A stretch of 32,000 bases of DNA, taken from the NCBI RefSeq assembly GCF_000237865.1, contig NC_017459.1, forward strand, positions 2,310,001 to 2,342,000, read 5' to 3'. The translations under genes were made by a program, and so were the position numbers. This stretch comes from Haloquadratum walsbyi C23 (GTDB lineage Archaea > Halobacteriota > Halobacteria > Halobacteriales > Haloferacaceae). Below the pieces are notes generated by a model, which did no database searches, was not told the origin of the DNA, and was given only the letters and a program-made list of their open reading frames with translations. Below, one piece after another: positions 18,628 through 26,372 of the stretch (position 1 is the stretch's first letter; the number at the start of each line of letters is the position of its first letter).

Positions 18628-19520
18628 GTGACGAATCTCCCACCCCCCAATATGGTCCAACATGCAGAGTCATCTGTCGAGGAGATCCTAACCGACTACG
18701 AGAATTGCGCGAGAACCGTCCTGAATCGCGGCGACACGACGCTCAACCAGCACCGTCGGTACATCGGTCGGCTCCTGCGCCACGCTGAAGAATCATCCCA
18801 CTTGATCGCCGAAGCGGACATCATCGGATACCTGGAGTCCGAACAGCCCATGAGCGACTTGAAAAAGAACAACATCCTCTCGGCGTTGCGCGTGTTTTTC
18901 CGCGAGTATCTTGACCGTGACGTAGCTGACGAGTTCGAGATGCCAACGACGGGTCCCAGCCTAACCCACGTACCGACGAAAAATGAGTTTCAGACTTTCT
19001 ACGCGGCTATTGAACGACCTAAGTACCGAGCGATTTTTTGATCTATGCTACGTCAGGGCTCCGCTCGACCGAGCTGTTAGAGCTCATCATGGAGGACATC
19101 AACGAGGAGATGCGGATGCTCGTGCCCAACAAGCAATCCGAGGTCAAGAAAACGTGGGCACCATTCCATAACGAGGAGGACGAAGCCGCTTTCGAGGCGT
19201 TCAAATCCCATTGTGACCCCGACGACGAACGAATCTTTCAGGTTAGCAAGCCGACGATGAACAAGACGTTTCGTGATCTCTCTGAAAAATCCGGTGTGAA
19301 GGTAACGCCGCAGGTGCTTCGACGATGGTTCGCCTCTGAGATGGCCTCGCTCGGTGTGGACGCCAGCTACGTCGATGCCTTTTGTGGGCGCACGCCGACC
19401 TCTGTACTGGAACAACACTATCTGGACTACTCGCCACGTAAATTCAAACAGATCTACAGATTAACAGGCAGAGTGTCTCGGGGCTTGACCCCGAGGTACT
19501 TCACCATGACGCTGGATTAA
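18628..19520 (+). pseudogene. Tyrosine recombinase (phage-type integrase), split by a frameshift in a T6 run
   Basis: ORF 18628..19041 is the N-terminal SAM-like domain (..IIGYLESEQPMSDLKKNNILSALRVFFREYL...KYRAIF*). ORF 19038..19520 is the catalytic domain (IYATSGLRSTELLEL.., ..VTPQVLRRWFASEMA.., ..LEQHYLDYSP..). The two join as ..KYRAIF|LIYATSGLR.. if the T6 run at 19034-19039 were T7. The last ~20 aa (RLTGRVSRGLTPRYFTMTLD) diverge from the family's usual C-terminus. Confidence 0.85.
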
Positions 19521-19534
19521 CCATTCTTGAGTGA

Positions 19535-19861
19535 TCAGATCCACTCACCGGGGATTGATTCGAGGATCACCGCGTGATCGTCGTACACTCGGTCGATTTT
19601 ATTAATCACCTCATAGAGTTCTCGCGGCGTCGGCTTACGGACTTGGTCGTAGTACAGCAACCCGTGGTTGATCTCGTCTCGGAAGAAGTCATCATCAGAC
19701 GTCAGGACAACCCAGCCATTACGGGTATCATAGTCAGCGATTGCGTTGTCATCAGCGTCAGGAGAGAGCTCAGTCCGAACACGTGAAACGATATGCTGCG
19801 CTTCGTTGCTCAAAACGGACACATATCGCTCTTCGACCACCTGATCACAGAGAATCCGCAT
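19535..19861 (-). CDS. DUF5615-family (PIN-like, toxin-like) protein, intact copy
   Basis: 108 aa. MRILCDQVVEERYVSVL...NGWVVLTSDDDFF.. parallels MAYRILADENVERATVNYL...RLILTQDDDFF at 12067. It lies 5 nt downstream of its DUF433 partner. Confidence 0.8.
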   Translation of the reverse strand: MRILCDQVVEERYVSVLSNEAQHIVSRVRTELSPDADDNAIADYDTRNGWVVLTSDDDFFRDEINHGLLYYDQVRKPTPRELYEVINKIDRVYDDHAVILESIPGEWI

Positions 19862-19866
19862 CGGCG

Positions 19867-20166
19867 TTAGGAGTCACCGTTAGATCCCGCCGCAGGTGCA
19901 CGGCTCTGCTCGGAGAGAGCCGTTTTGGTGGCCTCCTTTTGAGTTTGAATATATTCTATCAACTCCGGATGTTCGTCGTAGTAGTCGAGAGCTGCTTGGA
20001 CCTGTGCGCAATCGAGATCCGGATGGTCATCGAGCAATTCCTCGACAGTCGCTCCCTGTTCTCGAGCTCTGATACCGATCGAAAACACGCCGATTCGTGT
20101 TCCCTCTATTCGTGGTTTTCCGTTAAGCACGTCTGGTGTTTCTATAATCCGGATAGTGGTACACAT
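19867..20166 (-). CDS. DUF433-family protein (antitoxin-like)
   Basis: 99 aa. Contains IIETPDVLNGKPRIEGTRIGVFSIGIRAREQGATVEELLDDHPDLDCAQVQAALDYYDEHPELI, the classic DUF433 pattern as I recall it. Confidence 0.85.
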   Translation of the reverse strand: MCTTIRIIETPDVLNGKPRIEGTRIGVFSIGIRAREQGATVEELLDDHPDLDCAQVQAALDYYDEHPELIEYIQTQKEATKTALSEQSRAPAAGSNGDS

Positions 20167-20249
20167 TAGCGTAGACTCTCTTCCGAACGAGAATAAACAT
20201 TCGGCTGATGTACCACATTATATGAGTACAGAGACATCTGAAGACACCG

Positions 20250-20398
20250 AGATGGCTTCTCTCGGCGTTGACTCAAGCTACATCGATGCCTTTGCTGGTC
20301 GAGTTCCCGAATCCGTCTTGGACAAACATTACCTCGATTACTCCCCTCGAAAGTTGAAGCAGATTTACGATGACGCTGGCCTCACCGTGCTTGACTGA
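20250..20398 (+). pseudogene. C-terminal fragment of a second, related tyrosine integrase
   Basis: Within ORF 20156..20398, EMASLGVDSSYIDAFAGRVPESVLDKHYLDYSPRKLKQIYDDAGLTVLD aligns with EMASLGVDASYVDAFCGRTPTSVLEQHYLDYSPRKFKQIY at 19336-19455. By eye the nucleotide sequences are clearly diverged, so this comes from a different integrase gene. No N-terminal or catalytic part precedes it. Confidence 0.7.
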
Positions 20399-20447
20399 TA
20401 CTGACCAGTGAATCATTTGTATTTTATTACCTCATACCACATAACAG

Positions 20448-20702
20448 ATGATAGATGCGCTGGAGCTGAACCGTGCTGTCCCCGGTGGTAGGGTTGAGAT
20501 ATCTGCCGTTCCGGATAAAGACTATCCCGGAGACTGGTTTTATCGGTTCCAGTTCTATCATCCAGAGACTGGAGAAATACTCCGATATGACAACGCACAT
20601 GGTACAGATGACATCGGATGGCACCACCGACACATCAATTTCGGTACGGACTCCGAAATTAATTTCCAGAGTATCACTGCTCATGCTGCTCGATTTCTCT
20701 AA
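20448..20702 (+). CDS. TumE-like / DUF6516-family small protein (putative toxin), copy 1
   Basis: 84 aa. ..YRFQFYHPETGEILRYDNAHGTDDIGWHHRH.. fits my recollection of the YDN..G..H(H/R)H signature of this family. It shares ILRYDN with copy 2 and sits directly upstream of an HTH gene. Confidence 0.6.
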   Translation: MIDALELNRAVPGGRVEISAVPDKDYPGDWFYRFQFYHPETGEILRYDNAHGTDDIGWHHRHINFGTDSEINFQSITAHAARFL

Positions 20703-20739
20703 GAAGTCAATCATCTAACCAGCATCGAAAACACAGACC

Positions 20740-21198
20740 ATGACTAATTCAATCGACAACGGTTGGCCTGACAAGTACAGCGATCCCCGTGATCGTCCTT
20801 ACCCAGCTCTCCTTCGCGTAACTGTTGAGAGCTTTGAGACCATGCAAGAGGACACCCTTGACGCCGTAGAGAAGATTGCTGACGGGGAATCACAACCAGC
20901 TTTGGTCTCTTTCGCTACTGTTGGCAACCTACGCAAAATCCTCACCAATCGCCGAATCGAACTGCTACAGTACCTCATCGATATCGATGGTGCGGCTGAA
21001 AGCATTACTGCAGTAGCCAACGAGCTTGAACGAGGCTACCGTACGGTTCACGACGATGTCAGCCTCCTCGCCGATCATGGTCTTCTGCTCATCATCGACG
21101 AAGGCAAGTCAAAACGCCCGTATGTCCCATATGAGCGGATTCATCTTTATGTGGAGCTTGCTGGACTCTCGGCTGGAGAAAGTTCTGCTCTTGCCTAA
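20740..21198 (+). CDS. Putative DNA-binding protein (HVO_A0114-like winged HTH; antitoxin-like), copy 1
   Basis: 152 aa. ..LRKILTNRRIELLQYLIDIDGAAESITAVANELERGYRTVHDDVSLLADHGLLLIIDEGKSKRPYVPY.. parallels copy 2 (..RDYREVHRNLTELESLGVIEFENNGSSKKPIL..). Confidence 0.65.
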   Translation: MTNSIDNGWPDKYSDPRDRPYPALLRVTVESFETMQEDTLDAVEKIADGESQPALVSFATVGNLRKILTNRRIELLQYLIDIDGAAESITAVANELERGYRTVHDDVSLLADHGLLLIIDEGKSKRPYVPYERIHLYVELAGLSAGESSALA

Positions 21199-21393
21199 CG
21201 TATATTCTGACATATTGATTAGTTTGGAACAAGCATGACATGAGACGAACCGGCGCCGATGACTAGGGAGGATATTGAATTACTTCGGGAGAATATCGAA
21301 GAGGTGCGGAAAGAGGAACGCGAAGATCTCGCAGCTGACTTTGATGGCGATCCTGAAGACTGTCGAGCTGGCGATTAATTCAGTCGAAAGCTC

Positions 21394-21837
21394 TCAGTCT
21401 GGCTTGAATGGGTTTGTCGCAGTCGTGAGTCGGGTCACATTATCAAACACGTCGAAATCATCGTCAAACGAGTATATGTATTCGATATCTTCACTCTGCA
21501 TGTACGCAGCGAGGATCGAATCGACCCACTCTGGCCCTGATGACGCCTCATAGGTTCGGAACAACTGTTCGCCGTATAGGTGAACGGCTTTCGAGACGTA
21601 GACAAATTCGAACCCGCGACTCGATTGCAGACGATCAAGAGTATCGGATGCAGCCGCCTTGCTGATGCGTTTCTGGAGCGGGTGGAGAATTTCTGGGATA
21701 ACGTAGTTTGTCAGTCTCCCACGGGGCAACTCCCCGGTATCGACCGCGTTGAATATCGCCGTCGCATCGTCGTGACGTTTCGCATTCGCATTTCGAGCGG
21801 CGAGAACAATATTTGAATCAATACAGACTACCTGCAT
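21394..21837 (-). CDS. vapC: PIN-domain ribonuclease toxin VapC
   Basis: MQVVCIDSNIVLAA...IPEILHPL...DSILAAYMQSEDIEYIYSFDDDFD carries the PIN acidic residues. The start is chosen at the Met whose ATG overlaps the vapB stop as TGATG (21839-21835). The ORF track begins 4 codons earlier, at 21849. Confidence 0.85.
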   Translation of the reverse strand: MQVVCIDSNIVLAARNANAKRHDDATAIFNAVDTGELPRGRLTNYVIPEILHPLQKRISKAAASDTLDRLQSSRGFEFVYVSKAVHLYGEQLFRTYEASSGPEWVDSILAAYMQSEDIEYIYSFDDDFDVFDNVTRLTTATNPFKPD

Positions 21838-22094
21838 CACTCGCTCCAAGCACTCTCAGCTGCAGTGTCGCTCTCCCATGCCGGCCCGTCGAACGGTTCG
21901 GCGTCTTCGAACGCACCGTATTCTTCGTGGGTGATTTCAACTGAAAGTTCTCCATCTGAGATAACCCACCGAACGGTATCTCCCGGCTCAAGCGTGTCAT
22001 CAAGTGCGTGTCGGATCGGTGCTGGGATCGTCGTTCCATAACTGTCGTTGATTGTGGATTCCGCCTCCACGCGTGGGTCTGAGTCACTTGACAT
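21837..22094 (-). CDS. vapB: AbrB/SpoVT-family antitoxin VapB
   Basis: 85 aa. ..YGTTIPAPIRHALDDTLEPGDTVRWVISDGELSVEI.. is a SpoVT-AbrB fold signature, followed by an acidic C-terminal tail. Translationally coupled to vapC. Confidence 0.8.
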   Translation of the reverse strand: MSSDSDPRVEAESTINDSYGTTIPAPIRHALDDTLEPGDTVRWVISDGELSVEITHEEYGAFEDAEPFDGPAWESDTAAESAWSE

Positions 22095-22263
22095 ACGCAG
22101 TTATTGCACTCCAAGTGAGATAAATTGGGCGGCTAATTGGCGATCCGAACTGCCACTCTCAGTTGTGGAATATTTGCTTAGTAATGGTTAAACTGACAAT
22201 ATAAGATATCTAGCTATTCCCTTTTGATCCGGCACGAAACGCACAGCCCAATCAAGTAGCTAT

Positions 22264-22319
22264 GTGGGCGCGGCTAGCCCACCCGGAGTGACTACTCCTT
22301 TTCTAAGTAGTTACTCGGG
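22264..22319 (+). repeat. Two adjacent inverted repeats (hairpins) upstream of the secreted-protein gene
   Basis: The first is GTGGGC (22264-22269) / GCCCAC (22277-22282). The second is CCCGGAGTGACTACT (22282-22296) / AGTAGTTACTCGGG (22306-22319). The second forms ~14 pairs with one bulge and one G-T, around a 9-nt loop. It ends 33 nt before ATG 22353. Confidence 0.5.
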
Positions 22320-22352
22320 CGCAGCGATCCCGCATCATACGGAGGTGCCAGC

Positions 22353-22841
22353 ATGACGGGTGACAGACGCGAGAAGGTGCAGGCAGCGTTCCTCGCGCTC
22401 ATCATGGTCACGTCCGTGATGACCGCAAGCGTGGCGTTTACTGGCTCTTCGGTGGTCGCCGACACGTCTACGGGCTTCGCCGCGGCGAATCCCGCGGACG
22501 CAGACACGAGTATCAATGATGCCGATCACACCTATGTGTTGAATCTCTCAGCGACTGGAACTGACTTCTCAGATACACTCGGTGACGGAACGGGTACTGA
22601 TACGATTACCATCAGTAATAGTAATGGTAGTCAGTTTGATCGGAGTGGCGTTACAGCATCTGAAATTGTCGTTGGGGTGTATGATGCCAGTGGGAATACG
22701 AAGGCGAAATATACCTCGAGTAGTGTCAGTTCGGTCACCGCTGATAGCAGTAAATTACAGTTCGATATAGATGCCAGTTTCACCGAGTTCGACTTCTCTG
22801 CAGACGACCGACTCAGAGTTGCTGTTACAAGAGATGACTGA
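22353..22841 (+). CDS. Small secreted/cell-surface protein with a haloarchaeal surface-glycoprotein-type signal peptide
   Basis: 162 aa. The N-terminus MTGDRREKVQAAFLALIMVTSVMTASVAFTGSSVVA resembles the conserved S-layer/surface-glycoprotein leader as I recall it. The mature part is Thr/Ser/Asp-rich. Confidence 0.65.
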   Translation: MTGDRREKVQAAFLALIMVTSVMTASVAFTGSSVVADTSTGFAAANPADADTSINDADHTYVLNLSATGTDFSDTLGDGTGTDTITISNSNGSQFDRSGVTASEIVVGVYDASGNTKAKYTSSSVSSVTADSSKLQFDIDASFTEFDFSADDRLRVAVTRDD

Positions 22842-22935
22842 TATATACCAGGCAGTGCATGGTTAACTTCCGCTCTCGTTTGGTTGTCGCAACCCAGTTT
22901 TCCATTTCTTCGAGCAACTCCTCGGCTAAATTGTA

Positions 22936-23433
22936 TCACTCAGATTCATCAGTAAGCCACTGCTGCAACTCGGTTTTCTTTTGATTATATATTGCTTCCG
23001 GATCGTGGTCCGCTCCTTGTCGCACGATTGCTCTGATCTCCTCAAACAACTCTTCAGAGAGTGATTTCAATTTCTTCGAATCGTCTCGAGAGCGGTCATT
23101 CATGATTGGGAATTCACTTCGCTCGGAGTAAGATAATTCCTGATAGAGTCTGCGAGCCAACGGCTCGTACAGGTTGGCAACGCGTTTCCACTCTTCCGTT
23201 TCTTCGAGTGATTGCTGTCGATACTTTGCGTCAGTGCAAATCTTCTCAGCGAAGTTCCACATGTATGCCTCGACTTGCTCGTCGAAATAGAACCACCGAT
23301 TTATGAGCCATTCCGATTCGGTATCGGTTGGTTTGACAATCATCACATGATCACTACCGACCGGACCACCGGTATCGAATACTAGTGTAGCTTTGCACCC
23401 GTTGATACTTCGATTTTCTATTGTTTCACGCAT
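22936..23433 (-). CDS. Hypothetical protein (no family recognised)
   Basis: 165-aa ORF of acidic, helical character (..EETEEWKRVANLYEPLARRLYQELSYSERSEF...SEELFEEIRAIVRQGADHDPEAIYNQKKTELQQWLTDESE). No convincing competing ORF. Confidence 0.5.
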   Translation of the reverse strand: MRETIENRSINGCKATLVFDTGGPVGSDHVMIVKPTDTESEWLINRWFYFDEQVEAYMWNFAEKICTDAKYRQQSLEETEEWKRVANLYEPLARRLYQELSYSERSEFPIMNDRSRDDSKKLKSLSEELFEEIRAIVRQGADHDPEAIYNQKKTELQQWLTDESE

Positions 23434-23558
23434 ATCGACCGTTTCTCCCGATATCGGTCAAATACGTTTGGGAGGGTGATATTTCACGAGGCAGAAAAAG
23501 CAAGAATCGAGAGACAGTATACGCCTGTTATCTCAGATATGTTATCTACGATTGTGAA

Positions 23559-23987
23559 TTACGCTGATGTGCCCGGTGCCTCTCCACGGTCAGAGGATTG
23601 TGGGAGACGAATCGAGAAATCAATGTTGTCGGCTCCGCCGCGGAGAATTGGTTTCTTACTGGAACCATTGTTTTCGAACTCAATTACGCCGAGTGATTCG
23701 AGCTCAGTCAGGTTGCGATGGACTTCGCGGTAATCACGATCAACAGTCTCGGTCAGTTGACGGATACTCTCTGGTTTCTTGGAGACAATCGTCTCAATCA
23801 GTTCGAGGTTTGAAGTGCGCATAAGCTGGGCAATATCGTCGAACTCCTCGAAATTAAGGATGAACCGCACGTCTTGCTCAACCACCTCGCCAGTGTCAGC
23901 TGTTTCAGTCTGTTGCAAGCGTTCATGTGCCGCTTGGCGATGCGATTCAGCCTGCTGGAACGTGATTTTGAGTGTGTTTTCGGTCAT
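23559..23987 (-). CDS. Putative DNA-binding protein (HVO_A0114-like winged HTH; antitoxin-like), copy 2
   Basis: 142 aa. Contains ..FDDIAQLMRTSNLELIETIVSKKPESIRQLTETVDRDYREVHRNLTELESLGVIEFENNGSSKKPILRG... Its start overlaps the upstream gene's stop as ATGA (23984-23987). Confidence 0.65.
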   Translation of the reverse strand: MTENTLKITFQQAESHRQAAHERLQQTETADTGEVVEQDVRFILNFEEFDDIAQLMRTSNLELIETIVSKKPESIRQLTETVDRDYREVHRNLTELESLGVIEFENNGSSKKPILRGGADNIDFSIRLPQSSDRGEAPGTSA

Positions 23988-24283
23988 GGTTTGTGTTCGA
24001 TCTTGTTGAGGAACCGAGTGCGGAGGTCTATCATACCCGGAAATTCGATTTCGGTGACGCCTTCGGGCGTGTGACGCTCGTGCCGATCGATAGTCTCGTT
24101 CTCGTTGTCGTACCGGAGAATGGTGCCTCGGTCATCCGTATAACCATAGTGGAGCGCATAGCGGTAGCCACTGGGGTATTGTGGGTCATCGGTCTTGATT
24201 ATCTTCCGATAGATAACACGGTCGTCAACACGGTCTTCAACGTCTTCGATGACCGTATGACCCATTAATACAGCATAATACAA
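23984..24283 (-). CDS. TumE-like / DUF6516-family small protein (putative toxin), copy 2
   Basis: 99 aa. ..YRYALHYGYTDDRGTILRYDNENETIDRHERH.. carries the same signature as copy 1. The start may be the internal Met at 24265. Confidence 0.6.
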   Translation of the reverse strand: MYYAVLMGHTVIEDVEDRVDDRVIYRKIIKTDDPQYPSGYRYALHYGYTDDRGTILRYDNENETIDRHERHTPEGVTEIEFPGMIDLRTRFLNKIEHKP

Positions 24284-24585
24284 ATCCTGTTATGATAAAC
24301 ATATGGGAAAAATCCCATACTATCATTTCACTAAACAGTGGAGTCGATTGCTATCAGTGCTATCATCAAACTCCAGCAATTGTTGAGAAAGCATCAGCGT
24401 AATATTCTATCGGCAGAATCGACGGACTGTGGTAATTCAAACACGGTGATGCCGAGGCAACACTGGCTTTGATCCAGTAAGCATCAAAGATAATACCTCA
24501 TGCATGAACCTGAGTTTGAGGTCGCATGCAATACTCATCCATGCTGATTGGAATATTATCTTAGTCGTAAGAGACCAATCAGAGG

Positions 24586-25695
24586 TTACAGGTCAGCTAC
24601 GTCCTCGATAGCGTCTGTAAGCATCTTGATCGATTCGATATCGTGTTCACCCATGTGTCCAATCCGGAAGGTTGTCTCACCAAGCGTTGAGCCATATCCA
24701 TTCGAGAATGCCATATCGTATTTCTCAGAAACGGCATCGATTGTGGCAGCAACATCGATATCCTGGGTATTTTCAATACAAGCTACAGTCCGCGATTCAT
24801 ATCCGTCCTCAGGGAACATCTCGAAGTGTTCACGCGCCCATGACCGAGTGTACTCCGCCATCTCGCGGTGGCGCTGATCCCGCGTATCATGTCCTTCTTC
24901 GAGCATGTACTTCATTTGTTTTCGATAGGCTAACATCACAGGGATTGCCGGTGTTGAGTGTGTCTGACCCTTCCGATCATAATAGTCAAGACACCGCTGA
25001 AAGCCGCCATACCATGATGCTGAGTCATTCTCAAGTTCACGTTCGTATGCATCATCACTGACGGCACAAATCGCCAATCCTGGTGGCATTGCAAATGCCT
25101 TCTGTGAGGAAGTGAAAATAACATCGATATTATGTTTTTCAATATCGATATAATCGCCGCCGAGACATGAAACTGCATCAACAACAAAGTACGTATCCGG
25201 ATACTCGGCGACAACATCACCGATTTCCTCGATTGGATTGCGAACACCGGTTGAACTCTCGTTCATAACACACGTCACAACATCATACTCAACCGTGCTC
25301 GATTCGAGTGCCTCACGGACGTCCGCAGGCTTGACCGCATTACCCCACTCATATTCAAGCCGATCAACATTCTTTCCAAGCCGGTCAGCAACATTTGCAT
25401 GGCGCTCACCAAAACTCCCACAGGTGGTACACAACATGTGCTCATCAACAAGATTGAGCGTTGAAGTCTCCCAAAACTCAGTCCCTGAGGCAGTGAGAAT
25501 AATGATATCATTATCAGTTTCAAGAAATGTCTTCGTATCTTCGACAATCGTTGTATATAGATCGGTCATCTGATCCATTCGATGACCAAACATTGGCTGG
25601 CTCATCGCCTCAAGAACATCGTCACGCACCTCGGTTGGTCCAGGGATATACAGCGTCTTATCCTGATAATCATCAGTATACTCGTGTTTTTCCAT
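24586..25695 (-). CDS. Class V pyridoxal-phosphate aminotransferase (serine/alanine--glyoxylate aminotransferase family)
   Basis: 369 aa. Contains IPGPTEVRDDVLEAM, FVVDAVSCLGG, SSQKAFAMPPGLA (PLP lysine) and FRIGHMG. Confidence 0.88.
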   Translation of the reverse strand: MEKHEYTDDYQDKTLYIPGPTEVRDDVLEAMSQPMFGHRMDQMTDLYTTIVEDTKTFLETDNDIIILTASGTEFWETSTLNLVDEHMLCTTCGSFGERHANVADRLGKNVDRLEYEWGNAVKPADVREALESSTVEYDVVTCVMNESSTGVRNPIEEIGDVVAEYPDTYFVVDAVSCLGGDYIDIEKHNIDVIFTSSQKAFAMPPGLAICAVSDDAYERELENDSASWYGGFQRCLDYYDRKGQTHSTPAIPVMLAYRKQMKYMLEEGHDTRDQRHREMAEYTRSWAREHFEMFPEDGYESRTVACIENTQDIDVAATIDAVSEKYDMAFSNGYGSTLGETTFRIGHMGEHDIESIKMLTDAIEDVADL

Positions 25696-25916
25696 TAGAT
25701 AATCACCTAGCTACTCTTTGCTGCGGACGGAGATGGAATGGTACTTTTGATTTGAGGATGGTGATGGTAATGGTATCCACAATACTCATTAAACATGTGT
25801 ACTCACTCATGTGTTTTTGTTTCGGAGTGCTCTGAGTGACGACTTTGATTACACTATTTCACTTATTTGGCGGATTGAAGCGCGGATTCATGAGTATGTA
25901 GCATGTATATTCTAGT

Positions 25917-26372
25917 ATGTCAGAAAGCGAGTCAGAGACAAACACGAATTCAAACGAAGACACACTTCCATCGACTGAGTCAGAGTGGCGAGAGATACTC
26001 ACCGATGAGCAATATGAAATCCTCAGAGAGCGTGGGACAGAACCGCGATTCGGTGGACCGGATATCGAACCAGATGATGATGGACAGTATCGATGTGCGG
26101 GATGTGATGCCCCATTATTCAACAGTGAGACAAAGTTTGACTCTGGGACAGGATGGCCGTCATTCTTCGATGCAAATGAGAAGGGAGTCGAAACAAAGGT
26201 TGATACGCGACATGGAATGGAGCGAATTGAGGTAGTTTGTCGTCGGTGTGGTGGTCATCTTGGACACGTCTTTGAGGATGGACCAGAACCAACGGGTCAA
26301 CGATACTGTATCAATGCTGTTGCACTCGATAATGACTCCAACGCAGACGCGGACGCGGATCCAGATCGATAA
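25917..26372 (+). CDS. msrB: Peptide-methionine (R)-S-oxide reductase MsrB
   Basis: 151 aa. Contains YRCAGCDAPLF and CRRCGGHLGHVF (zinc CxxC pairs), GWPSF and RYCINAVAL. It has acidic N- and C-terminal extensions. Confidence 0.92.
   Translation: MSESESETNTNSNEDTLPSTESEWREILTDEQYEILRERGTEPRFGGPDIEPDDDGQYRCAGCDAPLFNSETKFDSGTGWPSFFDANEKGVETKVDTRHGMERIEVVCRRCGGHLGHVFEDGPEPTGQRYCINAVALDNDSNADADADPDR

Larger units (their letters stand above)
18540..24480. mobile_element. Decayed integrative element / TA-rich island; boundaries approximate
   Basis: GC steps up at ~18530-18540. Content is a frameshifted tyrosine integrase, a second integrase fragment, a DUF433/DUF5615 pair, two TumE-like/HTH modules, VapBC and orphan ORFs. 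Internal GC is mosaic (45-63% per line). The right edge lies between 24283 and the aminotransferase stop (24586). Confidence 0.55.

Noticed and set aside
21259-21378. 39-codon ORF MTREDIELLRENIEEVRKEEREDLAADFDGDPEDCRAGD between the HTH gene and vapC
   Set aside because: It has an ATG start and a plausible acidic helical peptide. However, it is below any length at which I can separate it from chance, and I recognise no family. It is worth a look only if ribosome profiling or proteomics exists.
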